A DNA stretch of 64,000 nt from Nocardioides sp. (lineage in GTDB: Bacteria > Actinomycetota > Actinomycetes > Propionibacteriales > Nocardioidaceae): the NCBI GenBank assembly GCA_036270075.1, contig DATBDF010000152.1, forward strand, positions 1,532 to 65,531, in the 5' to 3' direction. Positions 16,539 to 26,092 of this stretch are shown in pieces. The notes under the pieces were generated by a model. That model was not told where the DNA came from, made no database searches, and worked only from the letters and a program-made list of their open reading frames with translations. How positions within the stretch are numbered: the first letter of the stretch is position 1; each line of letters begins with the position of its first letter. The position numbers were made by a program, and so were the translations under genes.

Positions 16539-17735
16539 TCAGCTCCCTAGCTCGGCTTCGTCCACCTCGGTGCCGACCAGCTCGCGGACCCGGTCGATCG
16601 CGTCCCAGTCGTTGACGTGCATGCCGGCCACGACGCGCCGACCGCGCATCCACCACACCCGGAAGGTGCGTTGCTCGACGGGGCCGTCGGTGTCTCCGGT
16701 GATCACGACGCGGTCGAAGCCCTCGGGGCCGGGGTTGCCGACGTACTCCACGCCGAGGGCGTACTGGTCGGTGAAGAAGTAGGGCAGGTGGTCCGCGAGG
16801 GCGTTCCCGCCGAGCAGGTTCGTCGCCGCGACGGTGCCGTGCTTGATGGCGGTGTCCCAGTGCTCCACGCGCAGGCGGTGGCCCAGGACCGGGTGGTCGA
16901 CGTTCGCGACGTCGCCCGCAGCGAAGACACCGGGCGCCGACGTGTGGAGCCCGGCGTCGACGAGGACGCCGTTGTCGACCGCGATCCCGGCCGCGGTCGC
17001 GAGGTCGGTCAGGGGTGCGACGCCGACGCCGACGACCAGGCGGTCGACGGCGAGCGTGTCTCCGCCGGCCAGCCCGATCGTGGCGCCGTCAGAGCCGGCC
17101 GTGATGGTCTCGATCCGCGCGCCGGTGCGTACGTCGACGCCCTTCTCGCGGTGGAGCTGGGCGAACAACGCACCCACCTCGGCGCCGAGCACGTTGCGCA
17201 GCGGCTGGTCGAGCGCCTCGAGCACCACGACCTCGGACCCGGCCTGCTGGGCTGCGCTCGCGACCTCGAGGCCGATCCAGCCGCCGCCGATGATGCCGAT
17301 GCGCGCTCCAGGCTCGAGCCGGGCCTTGAGTGCGGTCGAGTCGTCCAGCGTGCGCAGGTAGTGGACGGGGGCGCCGGAGTCGTCCGCCAGCGCGAAGCGA
17401 CGGGGCGCGGCGCCCGTCGCGAGGAGGAGCCCGGTCCACGCGAGCTCGTCCCCGCCCGCGCGCAGGGTCCGCCCGTCGGGGTCGACGGCCTCGACGGTCA
17501 CGCCCGTACGCAGGTCGACGTCGTGCTCGGCGTACCAGCTCTCGGCGTTGACCAGCGCCTTCTCGGCCGGCTCGTTCCCGAGCAGGTAGCCCTTCGACAG
17601 CGGAGGACGTTCGTACGGCGGATGGCTCTCGCCGGCGATCACGACCAGATCGCCCGTGTATCCCTGGGAGCGGAGCTCGCGCACCGCCGTGCCGGTGGCC
17701 AGACCGCCGCCGACCAGGACGATCGGCGCGCTCAT
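16539..17735 (-). CDS. ferredoxin-reductase-like FAD/NAD(P) oxidoreductase
   Basis: GGGLA, PYERPPLSKG, GGGWIGLE, AAGD, PYFFTDQY; ATGA coupling to folE. Confidence 0.88.
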   Translation of the reverse strand: MSAPIVLVGGGLATGTAVRELRSQGYTGDLVVIAGESHPPYERPPLSKGYLLGNEPAEKALVNAESWYAEHDVDLRTGVTVEAVDPDGRTLRAGGDELAWTGLLLATGAAPRRFALADDSGAPVHYLRTLDDSTALKARLEPGARIGIIGGGWIGLEVASAAQQAGSEVVVLEALDQPLRNVLGAEVGALFAQLHREKGVDVRTGARIETITAGSDGATIGLAGGDTLAVDRLVVGVGVAPLTDLATAAGIAVDNGVLVDAGLHTSAPGVFAAGDVANVDHPVLGHRLRVEHWDTAIKHGTVAATNLLGGNALADHLPYFFTDQYALGVEYVGNPGPEGFDRVVITGDTDGPVEQRTFRVWWMRGRRVVAGMHVNDWDAIDRVRELVGTEVDEAELGS

Positions 17736-18388
17736 CGCACGCCCGCCCGGCCGCGGGTGAGGGAGAGGAACTCGGCCCGGGTCTTCGGGTCGTCGCGCAA
17801 GCGACCGTGCAGGGCCGCCGTCACCGTGCGCGCACCCTCCGCCCGCGCACCGCGCAGGCTCATGCACGTGTGCTCTGCCTCGATCACGACTCCGACTCCT
17901 CGGGGTTCGAGCCGCTCGGTGAGGTGCCCGGCGATCTCCATGGTCAGCCGCTCCTGGGTCTGGGCCCGGCGGGCGAAGAACTCCACGGTCCGAGCGAACT
18001 TCGACAGCCCGAGGATACGCGTGCTCGGGAGGTACCCGACGTGGGCGACCCCGGTGAACGGGAGCAGGTGGTGCTCGCACAGCGAGTGGACCGGGATGTC
18101 GGTGACCAGGACCAGCTCGTCGTACCCGGCGGCGTTCTCGAACGTCGTGGAGTCGAACTCCGGCGGCGTCAGCATCTCGGCGTACGCGTGGACCAGACGG
18201 CGCGGAGTCTCGAACATGTCGGCCGAGTCGATCGGCAGGCCGAGCGCGGCGAGCATCTCGGTCGCGGCCACCTCGGCCTTGTCCAGGTCGACGGGTGCCG
18301 GCTCGTGGGTGATCCGTGGGCGCCACCGGACCTCGCTGCCTCGCACATCGACCTGCCCGTCGATCTCTACGGCGACCGCCTCGACCAT
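17732..18388 (-). CDS. folE: GTP cyclohydrolase I
   Basis: SLCEHHLLPF, GLSK, QERLT, EHTCMSLRG. Confidence 0.93.
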   Translation of the reverse strand: MVEAVAVEIDGQVDVRGSEVRWRPRITHEPAPVDLDKAEVAATEMLAALGLPIDSADMFETPRRLVHAYAEMLTPPEFDSTTFENAAGYDELVLVTDIPVHSLCEHHLLPFTGVAHVGYLPSTRILGLSKFARTVEFFARRAQTQERLTMEIAGHLTERLEPRGVGVVIEAEHTCMSLRGARAEGARTVTAALHGRLRDDPKTRAEFLSLTRGRAGVR

Positions 18389-18413
18389 GCGACTCTCCTT
18401 GCTGGACCGAAAT

Positions 18414-18443
18414 CTCTAAGAGTGAGTAATATGTCCGTTAGAG
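18414..18443. promoter_or_regulatory. inverted repeat operator in a divergent promoter
   Basis: CTCTAA-N18-TTAGAG in an AT-rich spacer. Confidence 0.55.
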
Positions 18444-18470
18444 TACAGGCCGTCAAGAGGAGGTAGTGGC

Positions 18471-19142
18471 ATGGCAGACGCGTTCTCCGCGATCGGGTCC
18501 CTGGCCGATCCCTTGCGCCGCCGCCTCTACGCCTTCGTGGCCGGGCGTGACGACGGGGTCGGCCGTGAGGAGGCCGCCCGTGAGGTCGGGGTGCCGACCC
18601 ACACGGCGCGCTTCCACCTCGACAAGCTGGTCGAGGAGGGACTGCTGTCGGTCGACCACCGTCGGCTCTCCGGGCGCACCGGGCCCGGTGCCGGCCGCCC
18701 GGCGAAGGTCTACCGGCGGTCCGCCCGGGAGGTCGCGGTCTCGCTGCCCGAGCGCGGGTACGACCTCGTGGGGCACGTCTTCGCCGCCGCGGTCGAGCGG
18801 TCCCTCGACGGTGCTCCCTTGACCGAGGCCCTGGCCGACGAGGCCCGCGCCGCCGGCCGCCGTGACGGGACGGCGTACGACCGGAAGGGCGGCGAGCTCG
18901 AACGCTCAGCGGAGGTCCTCACCGAGCGCGGCTTCGAGCCGAACCGGGTCGGCGACGGGTTGGTGCTGCGGAACTGCCCGTTCGACGCGCTGGCCCGCGA
19001 GCACACCGCACTGGTCTGCGGGGTCAACCGCGACTACGTCGGGGGCGTGCTCGACGGGCTCGGGTGCCGTCGCACGGCCGCGCGGCTGGACCCCGGAGCG
19101 GACCGTTGCTGCGTGCGCGTGGAGGAGTCGCCTTCAGGGTGA
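18471..19142 (+). CDS. ArsR/SufR-like HTH regulator with Cys-rich C-terminal domain
   Basis: HLDKL..GLL, GAGRPAKVY, NCPF..VC..C..CC. Confidence 0.8.
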   Translation: MADAFSAIGSLADPLRRRLYAFVAGRDDGVGREEAAREVGVPTHTARFHLDKLVEEGLLSVDHRRLSGRTGPGAGRPAKVYRRSAREVAVSLPERGYDLVGHVFAAAVERSLDGAPLTEALADEARAAGRRDGTAYDRKGGELERSAEVLTERGFEPNRVGDGLVLRNCPFDALAREHTALVCGVNRDYVGGVLDGLGCRRTAARLDPGADRCCVRVEESPSG

Positions 19143-19170
19143 TGACCGGCCATCCGCGAGGATGACCGGC

Positions 19171-21060
19171 ATGGGGAGATCTCGGTGGCCGCTGCTGGTC
19201 GCGCTGACGATGGTCGTCGCCCTGGCCGGCGCCGCCTGCTCGAAGGACGACGGAACGGACCCTCGGCCGACGGCGACCGCCCTCGCCGCCGGGCTCACCG
19301 CCGATGACCTGTCCGCCGTGACGTTCGCCGGGCAGACGCCGGCGGCCGTCCAGAAGCAGTACGGCGACATGGTCTCGGGCCTGGGAGAGGTCAAGCCACA
19401 CGTGACCGTCACGTCGGTCAGCAAGACCGGCGACGACTCGGCGACGGCCGGCCTGCACTGGGCCTGGCCGATCGGGAGCGGCTGGAGCTACTCGACGAAG
19501 GTGCCCCTGGTCAGTCGCGACCACGCCGACACCTGGCAGGTGCAGTGGCAGCCCGATGTCGTCGAGCCGTCGCTCGGGACGGGTGACCACCTCGTCGCGA
19601 GCACCGTCGGGGCGACCCGGGCCGACATCCTGGGCCCCCACGGCGTCGGGCTGGTGACCAAGCGCCCCGTCCTGCGGTTCGGGGTCGACCGGAACAAGCT
19701 CGGCCCCTCGCAGGCGCCCGAGTCGGCGCGCCGGCTCGCGCAGCTCGTGGGGATCGACGCTGCGTCGTACGTGAAGCAGGTCAAGGCGGCCGGGCCGAAG
19801 GCGTTCGTGCAGGCCATCGCGTTCCGCCAGGACGAAGTACCCCCGGCAGTGACGGCGGGCTACGTCCACATCAAGGGCGTGGACGCGATCGCCGACGACA
19901 TCCCGCTCGGGATCACCAAGGAGTTCGCCGCCCCGATCCTCGGCACGGTCGGTCCGGTGACCGCCGAGATCTTGAAGGACAACCCGGGTGCCTACCGCGT
20001 CGGCGACCTGGCCGGGCTGTCGGGCCTCGAGGCGCGGTACGACGAACAGCTCCGCGGAAAGTCGGGCGTGGAGATCGAGGCCTTGGATGCCCACGGCAGG
20101 AGCACCACCCTGTTCCGGACCCAGCCCGTCGACGGCTCCCCGCTCCACCTGACCCTGGAGCCGCGACTCCAGCTGCTGGCCGAGCGGATCCTCAGCAGCG
20201 TCAAGCCCGCCAGTGCGATCGTCGCGATCAAGCCGTCGACCGGCGCGATCCTGGCGGCGGCCAACGGCCCCGGCAACGACGGCTACAACGATGCGACCTA
20301 CGGCCGGTTCGCGCCCGGCTCGACCTTCAAGAGCGTCGGCTCGCTGGCGCTGGTCAAGGAGGGCCAGCGGCCGTCGTCCCCGGTCGACTGCCCGACGAGC
20401 GTGACGGTCGACGGCAAGGTGTTCACCAACGACAGCTTCTACCCACCGTCGGCCAACGGCCGGATCACGCTCGCCTCGGCGCTCGCGAACTCCTGCAACA
20501 CGGCGTTCATCAACGAGCGCACGAAGCTCGGCTCGCACGACCTCGTCGACGCCGCCGCGACCTTGGGCATGGGCGTCGACCACGACCTCGGGTTCCCGGC
20601 GTACTTCGGGAACGTCGTGCCTCCGACGTCGGAGACCACCAAGGCCGCCGACATGATCGGCCAGGGACAGGTCCTGGCGTCCCCGATGACGATGGCGACG
20701 GTGATGGCGTCCGTCGTCGCGGGTCACACCGTCGTCCCGCAGCTGATCACCTCGGTGACTCCGGACAAGACGCACCCGGAGCCGCTCACTGCCGGGCAGG
20801 ACGCCACGCTGAAGCAGATGCTGCGCGGCGTCGTGCTGAGCGGCACGGGTGTGGGACTGCGCGACGTCCCCGGCCCGCCGGTGATCGCCAAGACCGGCAC
20901 GGCCGAGTTCGACCGCGACGGCAAGCGCCTGACCCACGCCTGGATGATCGGCGGTCAGGGCGACCTCGCCGTGTGCGCGTTCGTCGACGTCGGCCAGACC
21001 GGGGCGGGGACCGCCGGACCTCTGCTCGAGCAGTTCCTGCGCGGGGCTCACGCCCGCTGA
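19171..21060 (+). CDS. class B penicillin-binding lipoprotein with MecA-like N-terminal domain
   Basis: Lipobox-like LAGAAC; SxxK (STFK), SxN (SCN), KTG. Confidence 0.88.
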   Translation: MGRSRWPLLVALTMVVALAGAACSKDDGTDPRPTATALAAGLTADDLSAVTFAGQTPAAVQKQYGDMVSGLGEVKPHVTVTSVSKTGDDSATAGLHWAWPIGSGWSYSTKVPLVSRDHADTWQVQWQPDVVEPSLGTGDHLVASTVGATRADILGPHGVGLVTKRPVLRFGVDRNKLGPSQAPESARRLAQLVGIDAASYVKQVKAAGPKAFVQAIAFRQDEVPPAVTAGYVHIKGVDAIADDIPLGITKEFAAPILGTVGPVTAEILKDNPGAYRVGDLAGLSGLEARYDEQLRGKSGVEIEALDAHGRSTTLFRTQPVDGSPLHLTLEPRLQLLAERILSSVKPASAIVAIKPSTGAILAAANGPGNDGYNDATYGRFAPGSTFKSVGSLALVKEGQRPSSPVDCPTSVTVDGKVFTNDSFYPPSANGRITLASALANSCNTAFINERTKLGSHDLVDAAATLGMGVDHDLGFPAYFGNVVPPTSETTKAADMIGQGQVLASPMTMATVMASVVAGHTVVPQLITSVTPDKTHPEPLTAGQDATLKQMLRGVVLSGTGVGLRDVPGPPVIAKTGTAEFDRDGKRLTHAWMIGGQGDLAVCAFVDVGQTGAGTAGPLLEQFLRGAHAR

Positions 21061-21073
21061 GGCGCCCGGCGAG

Positions 21074-23173
21074 CTAGCGCTCGCGCGGGGCGACGTTGCG
21101 GGCGACGTCCTCCGGCATCGGCTCGTAGTGACCGAACGACCGCGTGAACGACCCGGCGCCGTGGGTCGAGGAGCGGAGGTCGACGGCGTACCGGACCAAC
21201 TCGGTCTGCGGCACCTCGGCGTTGATCACGGTCCGGTCGTCGCCGACCTTGTCGGTGCCGAGCAGCCGGGCCCGCCGCGAGGACAGGTCGCTCATGGCGC
21301 CGCCGACCTGGTCGTCCGGGACGACGACGGCCACCACGTCGTAGGGCTCGAGCATCGTCACGGTCGTCGCGGCTGCGGCCTCCCGGAGCGCGAGCCCGCC
21401 GGCCATCTGGAAGGCCATGTCGGAGGAGTCGACGCTGTGGGCCTTGCCGTCGGTCAGGGTCACCCGGAGGTCGACCATCGGGTATCCGGCGCGCACGCCC
21501 CTCTCCATCTGGGCCCGTACGCCCTTCTCGACCGACGGGATGAAGTTGCGGGGAACGGCGCCGCCGACCACCTTGTCGACGAACTCGAAGCCCCCGCCCT
21601 CGGGCAGCGGCTCGACCTCGATGTGGCACACGGCGTACTGACCGTGGCCGCCTGACTGCTTCACGTGCCGGCCCAGCCCCTTGCCCCGGCCGCCGAACGT
21701 CTCGCGCAGGGACACCAGGAACGGCTCGGTCTCGACGTTGACGGCGTACCGCTCGGCGAGGCGGGTGATCAGGACGTCGGCGTGAGCCTCGCCCATGCAC
21801 CACAGCACGAGCTGGTGCGTCTCGGCATTGTTCTCGACGCGCAGGCTCGGGTCCTCGGCGGCCAGACGGCTCAGGGCCTGGGACAGCTTGTCCTCGTCCG
21901 CCTTGCTCTTGGCCACGATCGCGACCGGCAGGAGGGGCTCCGGCATCGACCAGGGCTTGAGCACCCGAGGCTCGCCGATCGACGACAGGGTGTCGCCGGT
22001 CTCGGCGCGGCTGAGCTTGCCGATCGCGCACAGGTCGCCGGCGACCACGGCGGTGGCGGGGACGTGCGTGCCTCCGAAGGCGTAGGACAACGAGCCGATC
22101 TTCTCGTCCTCGTCGTGGTCCTCGTGACCGCTCGAGTCGGAGAAGAACGACGTGAAGTGGCCGGAGACGTGGACCGGGTCGTCGGCGGTGAGGGTGCCGG
22201 AGAAGACCCGCACCAGACTCACGCGTCCGACGTACGGGTCGCTCGCGGTCTTGACCACCTCGGCGACGAGCGGGCCCTGCGGGTCGCCCGTGATGGCCTC
22301 TGCCTCCTTGCCGGCGGGCGTGAAGACGTCCGGGGACGGGTGCTCGAGCGGGGACGGGAAGCCGTCGACCGCGAGGTCGAGGAGCTCCGCGCAGCCGACG
22401 CCGGTGATCGAGCAGACCGGGATCACCGGGTGGAAGCTGCCTCGCTCGACGGCCTTCTCGAGGTCCTCGGTCAGGGCCTGGTGGGAGATCTCCTCGCCCC
22501 CGAGGTAACGGTCCATCAGCGTCTCGTCCTCGGACTCCTCGATGATGCCCTCGATCAAGGCTCCCCGGAGCTCCTCGTGCTCGCCGTCGTCCTCCATCAG
22601 GTCGATCACGGCCGTCATCTCGCCCCCGTCGTCGCGGACCGGTACGTAGAGCGGGAGCACCCTGTCGCCGAACGCCGCCTGGGCGGCGGCGAGGACGCCC
22701 TCGTAGTCGGCGCGTGCCTGGTCGAGCTTGGTGATCACCACGGCGCGGGGCATCCCGACCTCGGCGCACTCGCGCCACAGCGACGCGGTGGCGTCGTCCA
22801 CGGCCTCGCTGGCGGCGATCACGAACAGCGCGCAGTCGGCGGCGCGCAGCCCGGCCCGCACCTCGCCCACGAAGTCGGCGTAGCCGGGGGTGTCGACGAA
22901 GTTGATCTTGGTGTCGCGGTGGATGACGGGCGCGACGGCGAGCGAGATCGAGCGCTCGTGCGACCGCTCGGCGTCCTCGAAGTCGCAGATCGTCGTGCCC
23001 TCCTGGATGCTCCCCGACCGGGGGATGGCTCCGGCGGAGGCGAGCAGCATCTCGACCAACGTGGTCTTGCCGGACCCGCCCGGTCCGACCAACACGACGT
23101 TGCGGATCCGGTCGGGGCTGCTCGCCCCGAGATCTTGGCCCGCTGGTCTACGCCCGCCCGCCTTGTCCGCCAT
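21074..23173 (-). CDS. fusA2: elongation factor G-like protein EF-G2
   Basis: GPGGSGKTT, DTPG, TKLD, KQSGGHGQY, HSVDSS; GGAGG RBS. Confidence 0.9.
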   Translation of the reverse strand: MADKAGGRRPAGQDLGASSPDRIRNVVLVGPGGSGKTTLVEMLLASAGAIPRSGSIQEGTTICDFEDAERSHERSISLAVAPVIHRDTKINFVDTPGYADFVGEVRAGLRAADCALFVIAASEAVDDATASLWRECAEVGMPRAVVITKLDQARADYEGVLAAAQAAFGDRVLPLYVPVRDDGGEMTAVIDLMEDDGEHEELRGALIEGIIEESEDETLMDRYLGGEEISHQALTEDLEKAVERGSFHPVIPVCSITGVGCAELLDLAVDGFPSPLEHPSPDVFTPAGKEAEAITGDPQGPLVAEVVKTASDPYVGRVSLVRVFSGTLTADDPVHVSGHFTSFFSDSSGHEDHDEDEKIGSLSYAFGGTHVPATAVVAGDLCAIGKLSRAETGDTLSSIGEPRVLKPWSMPEPLLPVAIVAKSKADEDKLSQALSRLAAEDPSLRVENNAETHQLVLWCMGEAHADVLITRLAERYAVNVETEPFLVSLRETFGGRGKGLGRHVKQSGGHGQYAVCHIEVEPLPEGGGFEFVDKVVGGAVPRNFIPSVEKGVRAQMERGVRAGYPMVDLRVTLTDGKAHSVDSSDMAFQMAGGLALREAAAATTVTMLEPYDVVAVVVPDDQVGGAMSDLSSRRARLLGTDKVGDDRTVINAEVPQTELVRYAVDLRSSTHGAGSFTRSFGHYEPMPEDVARNVAPRER

Positions 23174-23390
23174 GGTCAGCCTCCAGGGTCTGCCGGAGCG
23201 GCCGTTCGACCGCCCGTCGAAACGATGGGGTCCAACCAACTCCCTCGAGCGCCCGAGTTCAAGGGGTACGTCGGTCAGGACGCGCATGAAGGCGGCTGAC
23301 TCAGGACGCCGACCCCGTCCGGAACGCTGATGATCGGGGGTCCTTCCTGTCCCGTCGAGCACGGATCGCGGAACGATCCGAGCTGCCCGG

Positions 23391-23434
23391 AAAAGGGGCG
23401 AGCCCCTCGCAGCATGGGGTCAGCGAGGGGCTCG
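23391..23434 (-). terminator. intrinsic terminator-like hairpin
   Basis: 12-bp perfect stem CGAGCCCCTCGC/GCGAGGGGCTCG followed on the minus strand by CCCCTTTT. Confidence 0.6.
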
Positions 23435-23539
23435 ATATCGTCTGAGTGCTAGCCCCCAGCCGACGTTTTACAGGGTGTCAGAGTCGCGACGACTGCGTGA
23501 ACACTTTCGACAAACTCGCGCCAGTGGAAGGCTGATTGC

Positions 23540-24997
23540 ATGACTGGACTAGACCTCTTGGCAAAGACCGGATCTCGGGGACTGTTCATCGGTGGACAGT
23601 GGCGTGAGTCGAGCACCGGATCGAGGATCGAGGTCCACGACCCGGCCGACGAGTCGGTGATCACCGACGTCGCCGATGGAGACACCCACGACGCGATGGC
23701 GGCCCTCGACGCCGCGGTGGAGGCGCAAGCCGGCTGGGCGGCGACGCCGCCCCGCGATCGCGGTGAGATCCTCCGCCGCTCGTTCGAGGCGATCATGGAC
23801 CAGGCCGACGACTTCGCCGAGCTGATCAGCCTCGAGATGGGCAAGACCCTGGCCGAGGCCAAGGGTGAGGTGACCTACGGCGCCGAGTTCTTCCGCTGGT
23901 TCTCGGAGGAGGCGGTGCGCATCCACGGACGCTGGATGCAGGCACCGGCGGGTGGCTCCCGGCTCCTCACGATCCGCAAGCCGGTCGGCCCGTGCCTGTT
24001 CATCACGCCGTGGAACTTCCCGCTCGCGATGGGCACCCGGAAGATCGGGCCGGCGATCGCGGCGGGCTGCACGATGATCGTCAAGCCCGCCGAGCTCACC
24101 CCGCTGACGATGCTCGCGCTCGCGAACGTGCTCTCCGAGGCCGGGCTCCCCGGCGGCGTCCTGAACGTGGTCACGACCCACAACTCCAAGGCGTTGAGCG
24201 CGACGCTGATGGCGGACGAGCGCCTGCGCAAGGTGAGCTTCACCGGCTCCACGCCGGTGGGGAAGGTGCTCGTGCGTCAGTCCGCCGACGAGCTCCAGCG
24301 GGTCTCGATGGAGCTGGGCGGCAACGCCCCCTTCATCGTGTTCGAGGACGCCGATGTCGCGGCCGCCGTCGACGGCGCGATGATCGCGAAGATGCGCAAC
24401 ATGGGTGAGGCGTGCACGGCGGCCAACCGGTTCCTCGTCCACGAGTCGGTCGCGCGCGAGTTCGGTGACCTCCTGGGTCAGCGGATGGGCGCGTTGAAGA
24501 CGGGCCGGGGCCAGACGGCCGGCACCGACGTCGGGCCGCTGATCAACGCCGACGCGGTGGAGTCCGTGGGCCGGCTGGTCAGCGACGCGGTGCACGACGG
24601 TGCCGAGCTGGTCACGGGCGGGGAGGCGCCCGAGGGTCCGGGGTACTTCTACGCGCCGACGGTGTTGTTGGGCGTCCCGGCCGAGGCGCGGATCGTCAAC
24701 GAGGAGATCTTCGGGCCGGTCGCCCCGATCACGACGTTCTCCTCCGACGACGACGCGATCGCCCTGGCCAACGCCACCGAGTACGGCCTCGCGTCGTACG
24801 TCTACACCCGCGACCTCGCACGCACGGTGAAGGTGGCGGAGGCTCTGCAGTTCGGCATGGTCGGCGTGAACACCGGGCTGGTGTCCAACCCCGCCGCGCC
24901 GTTCGGTGGGGTGAAGGCCAGCGGCTTCGGCCGTGAGGGCGGTTTCGAGGGCATCGAGGAGTACCTCGACACGACGTACGTCGCGATCCCCGTCTGA
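23540..24997 (+). CDS. gabD: NAD(P)-dependent succinate-semialdehyde dehydrogenase
   Basis: PWNFP, FTGST, ELGGNAP, MRNMGEAC, EEIFGP. Confidence 0.88.
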   Translation: MTGLDLLAKTGSRGLFIGGQWRESSTGSRIEVHDPADESVITDVADGDTHDAMAALDAAVEAQAGWAATPPRDRGEILRRSFEAIMDQADDFAELISLEMGKTLAEAKGEVTYGAEFFRWFSEEAVRIHGRWMQAPAGGSRLLTIRKPVGPCLFITPWNFPLAMGTRKIGPAIAAGCTMIVKPAELTPLTMLALANVLSEAGLPGGVLNVVTTHNSKALSATLMADERLRKVSFTGSTPVGKVLVRQSADELQRVSMELGGNAPFIVFEDADVAAAVDGAMIAKMRNMGEACTAANRFLVHESVAREFGDLLGQRMGALKTGRGQTAGTDVGPLINADAVESVGRLVSDAVHDGAELVTGGEAPEGPGYFYAPTVLLGVPAEARIVNEEIFGPVAPITTFSSDDDAIALANATEYGLASYVYTRDLARTVKVAEALQFGMVGVNTGLVSNPAAPFGGVKASGFGREGGFEGIEEYLDTTYVAIPV

Positions 24998-25027
24998 GCC
25001 GTCGGGGGGCCGGGGAGCTCGAGCCCG

Positions 25028-26041
25028 TCAGCGACCCTGGCGGGGCTGTGCCAGTGCCCCGGCGAGCTCCGTGCGCGAGCTGATCGAGAGCTTCCGCAGG
25101 ATGTGCGACACGTGCCACTCGACCGACTTCACGCTCACGCCGAGCTCGGCTGCGATCTCCCGGTTGCGCTTGCCGACGACGACGAGCTGGGCGACGCGGC
25201 GCTCGGCGGCGCTCAGCTCCGCGAGCCGGCCGGGCAGCTCGCCGTCGGGCGCCTCCCCGAGCCGCTCGAGCAGCCAGCGCACGCGGGCCAGCAGCGGGCC
25301 GAGGTCCTCCTGCCGGGCGTACTTCTCCGCGCTGCGCAGCAGGTCGACAGCGCGAGCCGAGGCGTCGGGCTGCAGGAGCAGGATCCAGCCGGCGAGGTCG
25401 GTCCGGATCTGCGCCTCCAGGCGCGCGGCCGACGTGCCGTGCAGGACCTCGAGGGCCTCGTCGAGCAGCGCGACGCGGTCGCTCGTCGGCGCGATCGCGG
25501 CCTGCGTGCGCAGGGCGTAGGCGACGGCGTACGCCGAGTCGTAGGTGCGGGCGTCGGCGAGCTCCTCCTCGACCAGCGCACTCGCGGTCGCGATCTCGCC
25601 GCGGCCGGCGATCACGCGCGCCAGCCCGCTGCGCCACGGCAGCCAGATGTGCTGGCCGCTCGTGGTCAGCTCCTCACCGGCGCGCTCGTAGTAGGACACC
25701 GCTTGGTCGTCCTGGGTGCGAGCCGCCGCGAACTCACCCAGGCCGAACGACGCCACGGCGCCCACGACACCGCGCACGCGCATGAGGTTGGTCAGGTCGC
25801 GGGAGTACGCCGACGCGCCACGGAGGTCGCCGAGCGCGAGCTTGGCGAGGAGTCCGGTCAGGGCGAGCGACGCTTGCGCGGGTTCGCTCAACCCGTCCAG
25901 GTGGCGGTTTCGGTCGACCGTGTCCAGGGCATCGGTGATGCGCCCGTGCGACAAAGCGTCGCGGGCGTGGTTCACAACACGGGCGGAGTCGTCCGTTGGC
26001 GATTCGAACATGCTTGAGTCCGCCCCCCTGGGCTCGAGCAT
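25028..26041 (-). CDS. LuxR C-terminal HTH regulator with helical (TPR-like) N-terminus
   Basis: LSAAERRVA..NREIAAELGVSVKSVEWHVSHILRKL; start uncertain (26011 possible). Confidence 0.78.
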   Translation of the reverse strand: MLEPRGADSSMFESPTDDSARVVNHARDALSHGRITDALDTVDRNRHLDGLSEPAQASLALTGLLAKLALGDLRGASAYSRDLTNLMRVRGVVGAVASFGLGEFAAARTQDDQAVSYYERAGEELTTSGQHIWLPWRSGLARVIAGRGEIATASALVEEELADARTYDSAYAVAYALRTQAAIAPTSDRVALLDEALEVLHGTSAARLEAQIRTDLAGWILLLQPDASARAVDLLRSAEKYARQEDLGPLLARVRWLLERLGEAPDGELPGRLAELSAAERRVAQLVVVGKRNREIAAELGVSVKSVEWHVSHILRKLSISSRTELAGALAQPRQGR

Positions 26042-26092
26042 GGTTAGAAGGTAGGGCCTGGCGTGCCGCTTGGGGAGAGGCCTGGGGTCAAT

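Noticed and set aside
19141-19170. 10-bp direct repeat GATGACCGGC at 20-bp spacing
   Set aside because: Short and GC-rich; no evidence of a target-site duplication or function
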